This document shows positions 1 through 18,000 of a stretch of DNA of 64,000 nucleotides, one piece after another. This DNA is from Tubiluchus corallicola (taxonomy: Eukaryota > Animalia > Priapulida). The position numbers and the translations under genes were made by a program. The stretch spans positions 434,001-498,000 of the forward strand of contig JAQGDQ010000067.1 in assembly GCA_030141605.1 (NCBI GenBank), in the 5' to 3' direction. How positions within the stretch are numbered: position 1 is the first letter of the stretch; each line of letters begins with the position of its first letter. The notes below the pieces were generated by a model, which made no database searches, was not told where the DNA came from, and saw nothing but the letters and a program-made list of their open reading frames with translations.

Positions 1-25
1 TATTTATTAAATGTACTGATTGATT

Positions 26-545
26 AGTGCCACACTCATGAGCATTTGTTCACAAACTCAAACCCATCTAGACTTGATAATTTTAAAAGTTTGGATTCTG
101 CTAAAAGTGACTTTGATTTGCACATCTTTGAAACTCTTTTGATAAAAAAAACTTCAACCAGAGTTCAATGTTCAACTTTCTTCTTTGCCTTATTTTAAAC
201 TGGCCCTTGTAGCTGCTCATGTTACAGTGTTGTTCATGTTTGATGCAAAGGTTTCTCTTATTGCGACCCACAGGCATTAGTCAGAGAATGAATGGTGTTG
301 CAGTAACATAACTTTATTTTTTCTGTAATTTGGCATTGTACTACACTATCTGTACGTTTACAATTTAGTATTTGTTTTGTTTGCTTTTTACAACGTGGAT
401 TTTTGCAATTTCTATACACTATATTTTTATTAGGTGGATTGTTGAGTGATCGAGGCCATGTTATAGTTGCAGATAACCAGATGTTTGTGTTGGAATAAAT
501 TTAACTTGATATTTTATTCGGTCCAGCAGCATAGCTGATCATTCA
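26..545 (+). mobile_element. Penelope-like retroelement 3' remnant (end of GIY-YIG endonuclease plus 3' flank) in a Rab6 intron
   Basis: 37-190 reads HEHLFTNSNPSRLDNFKSLDSAKSDFDLHIFETLLIKK(frameshift)LQPEFNVQ, matching the EH...NF..L...L.I.E.L.I....P..N.Q pattern of Penelope endonuclease C-termini. The right boundary is approximate. Confidence 0.55.
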
Positions 546-1402
546 CTTAAACATCGGTTCGGCGACACCCAAGAATAAAAAAATCGACTTCGCTTCGGTT
601 GATAAAATGTGCCTTCCGTGCACCCCTCCCCAGGCAATAAACAGCACACGATGCAATTTAGAACTTGCATTGTCGAGATCTTGTAAGATTATATCATAAG
701 ACGGTGCATTTTGTCTACTTGGTGACCATTTTCTTGATTCCTCAAATGAAAACCAGCCCCTTGCTTTAATTATAACTCAAAACAGTCTATCCTGTAAAAT
801 ATTGAAAGGGAAAATGCATTTTTTTTTCAAGAAAGAATGATACCGCAGAAACGGAAATTTTTGTTCATTCGATTTGTTCTTCACTGTTACAGCCATTTCA
901 CTATTCACTAGTTAGATGAGCATTAGCGCCAGTATCTTGGAAACATGTTGCACAAAAACGGTTGCTGTACTTTTCAGTTTAGAGATCTTCATTTGTGACG
1001 TAGTGCACACTTTTGAGAAAGAGGGTCATTGAATGTTTGGCTGTTAAAAATTATGTTCAGTTGTGATATCATCATTAGTTGGGTTCAACTGCCGTTAATT
1101 AAGTTTTTACCGTATTATTTATTTATCAGACACGCTTTGGCACTATTGTAGGAGTCAAAATGTATACTTTTTACTGTACTTCAAAATGGAGTAAGATATA
1201 AAAAAATCATCCTGGTTACCTTTAACTTTTTTGGTCCAGTCGTTTCTATAGCTTATGCTAAAATTAGCTTGAATGAAAATATCTTAAGATTCATCATTGA
1301 CATGTTTTATAAAGAAATGATATTAAGTCTTAAATTATGTTACATAGTTCTTTTGTTTAATTTTCAACAGCTAATTTGTATTCAAATATTAATGTTTTTT
1401 AG

Positions 1403-5891
<4,489 letters not shown>

Positions 5892-6885
5892 ACGGCGAGG
5901 GTGTGCCATCAATGGCTGCTTTCACAGTCAACTATATCATTTGTTATTTATAATAAACTATTTTAAACAGTTTGTTGGATAAGTGGATATAAGATGAAAT
6001 GTGCACTTTTGCTCCATAGTGAAATATGGTAGGCAAAGGTCAGTGCAATGAGTACATAAAAACCTTTTGACCGCCTCATTTCAAGGATGAAAAGCAAAAA
6101 TGAAATAATCCATCGCATTGTTTCAGTAAGTCTTCGCTTGACATTGTTCTGTCTGGGGACAATTTCATTCTGATGATACCAATTTCGTCATCCGATACTG
6201 TATGTTTCACCTCAGTGACAAATCAGAATTTTTGTTTTTTGTTTCTTTTGTATTGTTGTGTTTGTATTAAGCCCTTAATGTTAATCTATTGTACGTATTT
6301 TTAATCACTATTCTTTGTAGACTGAGTGTTTCTGTGCAGTGGAGACTTAAACACTATTGTGACGGGACTTTTGCTGGTGAGTAAAGGCAGTTCTGCAGTT
6401 CCACCAGTACAGTAGCTTATTCCCTGCTCCTATGAATCAAACAGAAAACAAAATCTGCAATCCTAGAAACTAAATAATGTGGAAGCCTATATTGAAATTT
6501 TAACAAAATTTTTAACTATATACAAGATATATCTAAAAGGGTATCCTAGTACATCACAAGTGGGGCAAAAAATACTTTTTAGCATTCACTAAAAATGACT
6601 GCTTTCGCTCAATAAAAAATAATGTGTAAGTGTAAACAACTGACGTATATTACATGGATTAACATTATTTGTTTACAAGACATGGTTTCATTTAATGTTT
6701 TGCTCCATGTATCATTTTTTGATAGAGCACAGCTTTGTTAAGCGAGTACTTACTATACACTGCCTGTAACAAATTGAAATTTGTCTTAAAAGTTTATTAT
6801 AATATGTAATGCAGATTTTGCTGCCTACCATACTGAATGTTTTTGGTTCTGAAAATGCCACTTGATGCTCAACACGTGTTAAATA

Positions 6886-7440
6886 CAGGCTGTCGCATAA
6901 GTCACTGTACACTTTACTTTTTTATATTTTTTAATAAAGCAAAATGTTTGAAAATTAAAACAGATGAATTAAAACCTTGGGCAATTCTTAGTCAAATTAG
7001 ATGAAAATCTGAAAAGAACTGCTGCACTAGTAGGCTTTGCTGTTTCACTACATTCTTTACGGATCTCGAGTTTCAGAGACCAATCTAATGACGAGTCAGG
7101 CATCTTGCATTGAGGAAGCCACTCGCTACCCATGAGCGGTGAAGGGCTGCACTTTGTTGAAAAACTACATTGCTAATAATGAAAGAATAGTGTGGTTCAT
7201 ACGGTTCTCTGAATTTCCACAGAACTTCAGTTGGTGATCGAAGGACTGCATACCAGGTCGATTTTGCACCTCATTTTTAGTGTTGCTGTTGTCATCATAG
7301 CAACCGAGTTCCAGTCAAAAATACATAAATGAAAAGAATTGCCAAAAGCCAAGGATTCGTGTAAGACCTTTCTGAAATTGGTGTAAAATTTAAAAAGGAA
7401 ATTAGAAATCAAGTGTCGAGTGATTTATGAGACATCCCTG
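6886..7440. mobile_element. Tc1/mariner-type MITE
   Basis: Imperfect ~28-bp TIRs: CAGGCTGTCGCATAAGTCACTGTACAC versus the reverse complement of GTGTCGAGTGATTTATGAGACATCCCTG. TA on both sides (6884-6885, 7441-7442). No coding capacity. Confidence 0.7.
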
Positions 7441-7929
7441 TATATGCAAACATTTTCTTAAATTGTTATCACTCGTCATTTATTTATTTGTAATTTATTA
7501 CCATTTTGCACTTACTTGGTTGAATAATTTTAAAGTTTCACAATTATATGGTTGTAATGCATACCAGCTAACGATATTTTCTTTGCCCCTTTTTTACACA
7601 TAATTCTGGTCCACCTTTTCATATTGTAGAAATTTGTCTTTCAAATATGAACTAAAGTAACATTCTTGGCCTGAGTTTTATGTATTGCTTAATTTTTTCA
7701 TGCAAATTTCTTAAACAGGAAATTTTTTTATTAGTATTTTAGGAGTAATAACGTAACATGATGAAACTAATAAGTTACGCACCATGGCTCTTTTGTGTAT
7801 TTAATAAGTTAGTAAAAAAAACTTGATTCAAATTAATCACATGTTTTCAAAAGTACAAAATTGGATAGCATCCTCTGTTTCATAAACAATGTACTTTGTG
7901 CTATTTTTTTCAAATCAAACATACTTTGT

Positions 7930-8245
7930 GGAATATTTTAACTTTTCTGCCAGATTTAGAACATTTCAGATAATTATTTATGAATGGACAAAAGGACCAG
8001 GCTGTGACCTTTAACTTTTGACCTTGTGAGCTGTGACCTTTATTGTTTTGATTATGTCCAAAAATATACAGTGTGGATACATGTAAAACCTCTCAGCTTC
8101 AGAAACTAACCAATTCATTTAATAAATTTGGCAAAATTTCAATGTTAGATTTTGTGAAAATTATACAACACGTAGATCCACATTTGCAGACAAACATTCT
8201 AACTGACAGTAACTGTGACTCTACTAAATTAGTATGCATAAACAA
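7930..8245 (+). mobile_element. Degenerate Helitron/Helentron-associated non-autonomous repeat (tentative)
   Basis: Clustered TGACCTT(T) motifs at 8005-8041; the same motif occurs at 30468-30481 inside the Helitron-like element. Ends are poorly defined. Confidence 0.3.
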
Positions 8246-8894
8246 AAGTTGTTTATTTGTATTATTGATTAGGTTTAATATAATTTAACTGAATCTTCTA
8301 TTAAACGTAATTTATTAGTGCACATACTTATTATTACCTGACTAAGCTAGCAAGATTAATTACTAAAACATTTACCCTTTAAAAGCTAATTTTTGTCTTG
8401 TTCATGGAACTCTTGTATTTTTTGCTTAAATGTCAAATTTAAATTAATATGTATTTGCTTAACAATGATCTACAGAATTTGCTCTAAAAATGTCACTTAA
8501 CAAATACTGAGTGCGCACTGTTTTAGTTTTATAAATTATTTGTAAACTTGGAAGCATTGTGAACTTATTATTATTGAGACATGCAATTTTTTTATTATGT
8601 GATCAAAATATAAGCATTAAGGAAATGCACTTTCAGAATTTTTACTTTAAGATTGGATATTTTATTTACCTCCTAACACTTAAAACAATTTACCGGGTGA
8701 ACAATTCTCCTTTTTTCGTCGTACACTGTATTTGCAGTTCTGACAAAAATACAAAGAAACAAGTTACAATTCTCACTTTGTGTCCGCAATTTAATTAACA
8801 GCAAGCATTTCTCTTACTCAAGACATGACCACCGCTGGAAAACTTTGATCTTCTTACACAAGGTGAAGGGAATAGTTGAGTGATCACAGTGTGT

Positions 8895-9100
8895 CCGTGG
8901 TGACTAAAGTTAAGCAACGCCAAGCATTAATTTCTTGGACTGACCTCTATGAGATCTTGCAGAGCATTTTTAACTGCAAAATGCCATCTGGTAACTGGCA
9001 CTTTGGATGACAATAGCTCAGGTTATAGACATGGAGGTAAGATTTGGAGAAATGTGTACTTATTTGAAGCTGCAGCTAATGATCGCATGATGGTGAAATT
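8895..9100 (+). mobile_element. 5S rRNA-derived SINE remnant (tentative)
   Basis: AAGTTAAGCAACGCCAAGCATTAATTTCTTGGACTGACC (about 8907-8945) resembles the 5S internal control region, box A AGCTAAGCA to box C TACTTGGATGGGAGACC, but is degenerate. Confidence 0.4.
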
Positions 9101-11942
9101 CATTAATGCCAATCAAATGGTGACGAGAAAGCTTTGTGTAATGAGCTCTGTCACAAGGTGAAGATTTTTGGTAAAATGACATCCTACAAGAAGAAAAGCT
9201 GGTATAGTAAGTAGATTTTTGACACAACTTAAAATTGAGTAAATCCTTGTTTAGCGAAGCCTAATAGCCCGCAAAACATTTGTACGTTTATTGGAAAAGT
9301 TGAATTTACACTTGCTGGAGCAGAAAGCATTAGAGTCTACTATAAGCATTTGGGATTTCTAATATTCCCAATGAGAATGTAAGTATTCCTGATTTCTAAA
9401 AAAGTGTAAAAATGATGTATTTTCATTCCACTTGTGAAACTGTACGGTTTGAAAATTAATTTTCCTTAACCAGATATATAGTGATTGAATTGAAACCGCA
9501 AGAGCCTCCGAAGCAGTTGACAGATTCCGAAGGTGGTTGTATGTGCTAACCAAGAAGCGGTCTGCTTTTTACTAAGACAGCAATACTGTCAGCAGTATTA
9601 TTATCAAGTAACACATAATTTTGAAGTATTGTTCTTGGCTACGAAATAATAAGCTTTGCTGTCATACGTGCACGTTATTTATAAGCGCAAATGAATCAGA
9701 TTGATTATTTCAATTTCTGTGACAAGCTTTGAAACTTTAATTGTTCATGTAATGCTATAGCCGATAAGTTGAAATGTTTATAGTGCTGTTCTTTTTTGTA
9801 ATTTCCTAGCGAAAAATCACCAAATGTATGCAATCTTAATCTTACTTTATAGGTACTTTATTTCTTTAGTTTTGTTTTATTAGACAGCTTATTAAATTAT
9901 TGTCATAAAAATGGGCTTCTTCAATGCACTAAATGATACAAATAATTTATTACAAGGTACTTACAAAGTATTACTGCTTGCAGATAGTAAAAATCGTAAC
10001 ACTTAAGGCGCATGTATGCTAATACATATACATGTACTATTGTTGTGGCATGTGGCAGGAGTGCTTATTGCTAGTTAATGTAATTGCAAAAGTTAACTGT
10101 ATCGCATGCCCAGTATAACTCGCTGAAAACTTGCTTAAATAATTTTAGAAAGTGTCTGTAATCGGTTATAACTTGAATAATATGTGAAACCATAAACATT
10201 AGCTACAGTAGTTTTAAAGTTTTTTTTAATCAATAGTTAAGTTCATAGGTATGGTAATACTTCACTTTAGACATATGTATGTTTATATAATTAATACTGC
10301 ATTATTTAATAATATTGATACAGATTATGTGCTTATGTATGTGATACTTTTTGCCAAATGAATGATAGAAATGAAAATTGTTAATTTATAAAGTTGTGTT
10401 AAGTTTACATGATGATGTGACTTAAGCTACAGACGGCTACGATTGCTTATTTTACGTGCTGTTGTTAATTTTGCTCACCAAGAAACTTCCACTGTTTGCT
10501 GTTTTATTGTCAGGTTTTAAGACTGTATGCATAATGGTAGGTATGTAATAGGCTTGAGAAATGTGTGCATCTTATACTGTTTTTATAGCACTTACTTCAT
10601 ATTTAAAAATGCTTGATCTTACACTAACTTAAGTAGTTAATTGTGGTAATTATAAATTTGTTTCATCCTGTTATATTTTAATGTAACAGAAACCGCTTTG
10701 CATTTTTTTCTCGGAATTCATTTACAAACTTCTGGAATCATGGTAGATAAGATACATTCCAATTAGAATACGTGTTTTTGTCATTGTTTGAATTTTTATT
10801 CATATCATTTTCATACAGCAGACGTAAACCATTTGGAAACAGTTTTAAAAATGGTTTGAGCATTCACATGGCAGGTAAAACGTCTTCACCAATCCATTTT
10901 GTATCAAAATCTTTTGAACTACATAACATCAACATTGTGTTTTTGTCTGTTTCAAAATGGTTTGTCTAGTGACTGCGTGAACACTAAACTACTGTATTAA
11001 ACGTTTTTATTTTTTGCCACATGAAAGAGGTAACAGACAGATACATGTGTAACACCCATGTATATAACACTATTAAAACTATGCTTAGACATATTCAGTC
11101 ACCTGCAGTTTTTATTCATTAAAATAGTATCGCATACAGCCAACTAGTCTGTTACAGAGCAGTTAAGAGCATGGAAGAGCAGTTTAGTGCTAAAGAACCT
11201 TTGTTTAATCTTTGCTTCCAAATATAGTATATTATCTGCATACGTTTTTTTTTAATAGTTTGTATTTAATGTTGCGTTGTGTTGGTATTTTGTAAGGGCA
11301 AAGTAGTTTTTCCAGGAAAAGTTTTAAATTAATCTTGTTTGTATCAGGGTCATTTATGTAAAAAGATGTGCCTCATTTTGCTTAGCCTTATAAATTATTA
11401 TTTATAAGGACTTAAAGAGTTTACGTACCTGTATTTTCCATATTTTGCAGTTTTTCTTGGAAAGGTGGTCTTGGTCTTCTCTTATTTTTCTACTAGACCA
11501 CAGACAACCTAGACTATAATAGTTCCATCCCTTTGACTGGTTAAATCTGCCCTCCATCTGGCACTACAATTAAACAGAGTTTGGTAGCCAACTCCTTACA
11601 GCTTCTTGCACTTTCTCCACGAATTTTCATTACAACCGAAAAGCCTAGACTAAAATCTAAGAATTTGAAAACATTTTTATTACCATAATTCTTATAATGT
11701 AAATATTTAATACTAGTTTAATATGAATTAGATATAACACAATTTCTGACAAATAACAATATTGAAATTTGTAGGTAATAAATGCCTATATACTATGTAC
11801 ATACTGTCATGCATACAGTATAAAAAATTAAGAGTACTTCAGCTATACGAGATTTGCAAAATTCAAACACTTCATTTAGCAACATTTACATGCCACACAC
11901 AATGTTATCATCTTGCAAGCATTGAGACTAAAATCCTGTCAA

Positions 11943-12092
11943 CTATATTCTTTCTTTTTTCTTTACACTACGTTTACTAGCATGTTTTTGAATGATCTCT
12001 TGAATTCGAGGTTTATGATCCAATGCTTTAAGTATCATCAGCTTGGCTTCACTAAGTTGCTCTTTAGCAAGTTTGCTTCTCTGCACATTTCC
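11943..12092 (-). CDS. SAP130: SAP130 coding exon 18 (last)
   Basis: GNVQRSKLAKEQLSEAKLMILKALDHKPRIQEIIQKHASKRSVKKKERI*. Confidence 0.92.
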   Translation of the reverse strand, partial: GNVQRSKLAKEQLSEAKLMILKALDHKPRIQEIIQKHASKRSVKKKERI

Positions 12093-15000
12093 CTGTAAGC
12101 AACGAACAAGTATATAATTACTAAAATTGGCTTGATTGATGCACTTTTAAAAGTTGCTGAAAAGTTTGATAAACACAATTGTACTAAAAAAGAAAAGTCA
12201 TTAAAGGTTCTTGGATTCACATTTTACCTTGACTATTTCTTGAACAGCGCCGAGTTCATCGCCATAATAAGGTTGCAACTTTTGACAAAGTCCCTCCTGC
12301 AGTCGTGTCAGTTTTATTAAGACGTCTTCTTCAACATCAGTCTATAAAATTATTCAACAGAAGCTTAAAATTCCTTCTAATAATTTACCAGTATAATTCA
12401 AATGAAATTATAACATTTTTCTTATTGTTTTTTTTATTTATTTTACGTTTATTTCAGTAAATAAAAAGTAATAACTGAATAATAAACAAAACTTAGTTAA
12501 AAATCAAAATTAAAAATATTACTACAAAACAAAAAAACTAAATATTTACGCAGAGAACAGAGGACTGTAAGAATATTAGTAAGCTAAATATGTAAAAAAG
12601 CGTTAGTAAATGTATATTCCCACTGGGCAAAAATATTCGAAATTAAAATGACATCAGTATTAAGAACGAAACTACACACTACTTCATTGTTTGAATTTAA
12701 AACTTGCTGACGAAGGCTATGACTAAAATGATTACAGCCATTTTCGACACATATTATAGGCGCTGAGATGCCCTACAGTAAGCAAAAAACTTCATCAGTG
12801 CAAAATAGTAGGCCACTTTTAATTTTCTGATAGTACCAAGGTTAAAAATGATCCACGGTTAGAACAGCAAAAAGTTCAACAATAAAACTTAAACATCAGC
12901 AGAACAAAAACTAAAATTTCTGCAAAGAATATTAAATCTAATATGAAAAAGGCACAATTGATTTAAAATATCAGCATCATCTTTAAAGCCTGATGATTTA
13001 ATTCGTATCAGTTACATAAGCTATAACAACAAAAATAATATAAATATACAGGCTTCACTTTCACACCACGTAAAAGCATGCAAAATCAGTACAACTATTT
13101 CTGCAGCCACCAATGGGATTTAATAAATTTCATTCACCTTATAAAATCATAAGCCAATATCTTAACAAAACACATTCTAATCTAACTGGACCTGACTGAA
13201 TGCATCATAATAACAAATCAAAAATACTAAGACATTTTGCAGGTTCTAATGAAGGAGAATAAGAATTGCAACCATTATTAAGAAAAAAGAAATTTTCTAT
13301 TTGTTGTACTAGAACCTTGCAAAGCAAATAGCATACTAAAAGTTAGAACATCATCTAAACTGTGTTAGCGGGGCCAAGCATTATTTAGACCTTAAAATCT
13401 ACCTTTCTTTATACCACCGTGTTATGTGAGGATATAAATTGCTTCAATGGTCAACTGTGCTCACAGCGAACAATTTGTACAATCAAAGCAGAAAATACTA
13501 AAGAACTACTGAATTAGAAAGTACAAAAAACTTTGCACTTTTTCTTGGATTCGAACCCAAGCCTTCTGCTGGTATGAGCTACTAAAGGTCAATCGTATTA
13601 GCCAGCTAATAGGCTACTAAAAATTAAAAATTTACCATTTCATCCATTTGTGCAGTAAGATGATAAAGCTTCCAGCCATTTATTCTGTTAAGAACATTCT
13701 TCTGATTTGCTAACTCATTTACTGTCGGTCGTCTGTCATCTTGTAATAAAAAATATATACAGTGGCTACCAACAAATATGTCTAGAAATAATAAGTAATA
13801 CAAAGCTGTGCTGCTGCATATAGTAGCTAATGCCAAACCTTACTGACCATTAACATCAAAATAAAAAACAAGTGCACTATAGTGATACGCACCCTCCCCC
13901 AATGCAATTAAGGACATTATGGAATCATTTAGGGACACTTAAACAGACTTTCACAGATGATCTAACGATGCCCAAGATACTTTTTAAATTTTATTACAAA
14001 GTCTCCTAACACCAGGTCTCACTGAGTAGTGAGGACAGCTTCTTGTCCTTGCAAAAAGCGAGAGCTATTGACTGACAATATTACGAACATGTTAATAAAG
14101 TTGCCTGGTGTGATTAATTAGTGATTATTACTTATAGTCTCTCGTATGTCAGTCTATGTTAAATTTATGGAAAAATTCCACAAGCTTATATTTTTTGCAA
14201 TGTACCTTAAATCACTTTAAATGCCGGGGAAATAACATATTGTGCCGGAGAGCGCGATAGCACTTGCAAATATCGGTGACGTGACAGGTGTGCTGCTAAT
14301 AACATTTCAGAAATTTTAACTCTACCATCATAATTATATAATATTCCTGAAATTTTACCCAAATACTGCTGATGATCATAATATTTATTTTAGAGTTTCT
14401 GAATGTCCATACAAAGGTGAAACATCAGGCAATATTCTAAATAAATGAATTTTAATTAAGAAATTATATAGGCAAGAAAAAGAGAATCAAAACAATCTGC
14501 TCACCTTTCACTTTGACATCTGTATATCGTTGAAAATGATTGTGGCAAGACTTCCATGATGGTTTAAAGCTGCTAAGCAAAGTCATTCCAGGGTATCTCT
14601 TCGGATAAGCCACAATCCGTTGTTCCTCATTTTCTAAATTGAAAAAATGCAAAGAATCCGCATCTAAACAATACTGTGGAAAACAAAATCAAAGTAATCC
14701 ATGCTGAAGTAATCAGGAATAATTGCTCCAACTCTATGTCAATCATTGTTATGTGCTAACAACCAAGCAATTGACTGTATAGTTGACAAGTGTGAGCAAA
14801 ATTTTTAGTTAAGGGCAGAAAAAATAACATTCTGATTACAACAAATTAAACCATATTTTTATTATATACACTGACTATAAAAAAGATGTTAAATCAACTA
14901 GGCCATTTTGACCAATCCCTGTCAATGACTTTCACTAATGAAACAGAATAAATTAAGCAAACCCAAATTGATTTATTAAATTTGGGGTTATCCAACGATG

Positions 15001-18000
15001 ATTTAAAAAATGGAAATTCGAAAATCACAACTGGCCTGGATTTGAACTGCCACTTAGTCTCTATCAATCAAGGCCAGTTTTGACTTAATTCTATGAACTC
15101 ATCAATCATTCCAGCATTTTTGGTTCTAACTTACTCACACTACATGCTACATGTGAATCGAATAATTTTTAAATTAATATTAAGCCAGAATAGTGCAGGC
15201 ATAACTAAATTATTCCACATAGTCTTAATAACTACGCTGTACTACAAATTAATGAAGGAAAACATCCTTATAAAAAATTTAAATCCAAATGTGGGCAAAA
15301 AAACAAGTTGACTGCAGTCTGGATTTGAAGCAGAGACACATGGGTTAGAAATTTACAAGCTCAAAATTATTTATTTTATTTATACCATTTACTCGTAATC
15401 TTATACGGTACAATAAATGCACGAGGAAAAACAATGAATTATAAGAATTACAATAAATTAGTTTAAGCTGTATGTGTTAATGGAAACAAGTTTGTTAATT
15501 TGTTAAAGCAAAGTAAAAATAATAATGATAATAATAATAAAAACCATAGCATCGAAACCAAGTCTTGTTCACTAGATAATGTTTTTGCATTTCCTTCTTT
15601 TGGCCTATTTTGATTCCAAAAATTGCATGGGTTTATTCTATCAATAATTAGCACGTTGCAATCAAAATTAAGCAAAACAAAAATTAATTAAGAAATTCAT
15701 ATAATCAATTAGGTTCCTCTGGCATGAGAAAATGCTGGAAGGGTGGCGATGACAAAAACATTGAAGCAGAAACTGTCTTAATCATCAAATAAGCCTAAAA
15801 TTCTGAACTCGCAACTCAAAAGATCCGTGGTTCAAATCCATGCTCAGCTTTGTTTTTCACACTCCCTTCTTTCAATAATATTTAAATTCAAAAATAAATT
15901 ATTTGTGTATTCCAACAGACATTGAGGTTTTTCTAACATATTATCAAGATTACACAAATAATAATTAAAGTGTAATTATTTTCAACAAAACAATCTTGTA
16001 AATTAAATAATTAATGATTTTATTTTCTATTAAGAACATGTACATTGCCGTAAAGGGTGCCGTGCTTGGCAGCTTTGATGTGAGCACGCGAGAATTACGT
16101 AATCTGTGAACAAAGTTTCTGGGGTTAAGTATAAGTCTAACCACCACTACTGTAAAACAAATAATTTTATCATTATTGGAGGATTCTCTAGTGAAGCGGA
16201 ATATCCGAATTCTTTTACATGTACATCTGGTAGTGGAGGAGCTACACTGCGACAGCTGAAAAATTTTAAATAGCATTCAAAACATGAAAAGATATAATTG
16301 CTGTATTTAAAATTGTGCCCAAGTTTAAAGTTTCCAGTTGCCACAAGTCTTACCACAACCCTAACATCGTAAAATTGTTACTTCAACCATGCCTCATACC
16401 TCCCGCTATTATCTTACATTCCAGCACCGTTATCTTGCTCGATCGAAATACATTTTTATCTCAATACATTCGGCATTTAAATCTGGTTACAACTGTACCA
16501 CTGTTTATCTCCGTGGGTGTACTAATCGATTGTTTCTACAACACATACTGTATAGTGAGGCAGGCTTACTGCTTTACGAGAGGGGGAGTCACTACTTACT
16601 TCGCTAGTTATGAATTTGTAATATAATCTAAAGTTTCTACATCAGTTATGCAGATTGAAAATAACTTTAAAGTTTCATAAGTACATTAGAGAATGGATTA
16701 TTACAATAATCAATTTACATACCGCCTAACAATTGCACTGTACTAGAAACATCTAATGCACCTTGCGAAATGAGTGCAACAAAACTATGTGTATTGTGTA
16801 GATCACTTGCTTGTTTTTAATTCTCCACATATTTTGCAAAAATGAGACAGAAGAATTTGATTTCATTTTTGTTAAAAAGTTCAGTACAAAAAGCTGCATT
16901 TGGAACTACTTTAGTTTAAAATAATATGTGGTTACTGCAAAGATTTTTACCAACACACCCATTTCGCAAACAGTGTCACAAAGAAGTCAGTGAGGCAACA
17001 ACAGAACTATTTCAGCACGTGAGGTACAAGCATCCAGAGATTTGTGCAGAGGTTACAGAAAGACGGAAGATGCCCAACAAAGTGGACGTTATCAGAGTAG
17101 CCAGCAGTCTGTGCAATGAAACAGTTATTTTGACCATATAATTCCATTCAATGTAATAGCAAAGAAGCCTACACATCAGCAATCACATTTTTTGCAACGA
17201 CGAGGGCCCTACAGATATATGGAGTCAGTAAGCCAGGGTTTAAAGCCACGAAGGGCAACAGAAAGTTATATACTGTAGCTACGTGTTAAGAAATATGTGC
17301 TCATTATTGCACAGATTACGTCATTCATCTCGCACAACAAAAATGGCAGTTGTTCAAAGGAGGGAAGATGAACAGTGCAGAGATAAAAAACCAAACGGTT
17401 CTACAGTAATTTTATAGAAAACATTACTGTAACATTTTTTACTCTAGAAGATTATGTAAATGAAAAAATCCCACGTTATCTACCTTGAAAATATAATGTG
17501 AATAAAAATATGAACATCAGGCACAAAATCAGTTGCTGATCAGATAAACAGCATTACGACTAAACTAAACACAGACGTTAAAAAAGTAAATATGGCACTT
17601 AGTTTCAAAATTTTTACGTTTCTCAGAATGTAGCTGTTGTTTTTTCACGTGTTCTTGTTGAAATTCCTGTAAACGTTCAACAGCTCTATTTTCTAACTCA
17701 CGTTGTCTAACTTCTATATCTTCCTGGCCAACTAAATCCGGATCCACAAATTCTTCATTTGCAGCACTAAACAATAAAAATATAGGAAGGCATAAGAAAC
17801 AATACCAGTATTAATATCTGTACTGTTCCATTAGAAGCAGGAGAATTTCAAATGCCCTTTACACCCATCCTCAGAGGCCAAAGTGTTTTTTTTTCTGACT
17901 CAAGGTGAACACAGGGACATTTGAAAGATTTGGTATAGAATGATGTGCTATTAGTGAAAATGATCACTAGGGATGTTTGAAGCAATTATAATAGAAGAAT

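Noticed and set aside
547-1224. TTAA-flanked DNA transposon (Kolobok/piggyBac-like)
   Set aside because: The right end looks terminal (CCTTTAA), but I could not find a matching left TIR.
8895-8960. Functional 5S rRNA gene
   Set aside because: The match is partial and degenerate.
13540-13620. tRNA gene
   Set aside because: Has a B box only, with no acceptor or anticodon stems; treated as a SINE remnant.
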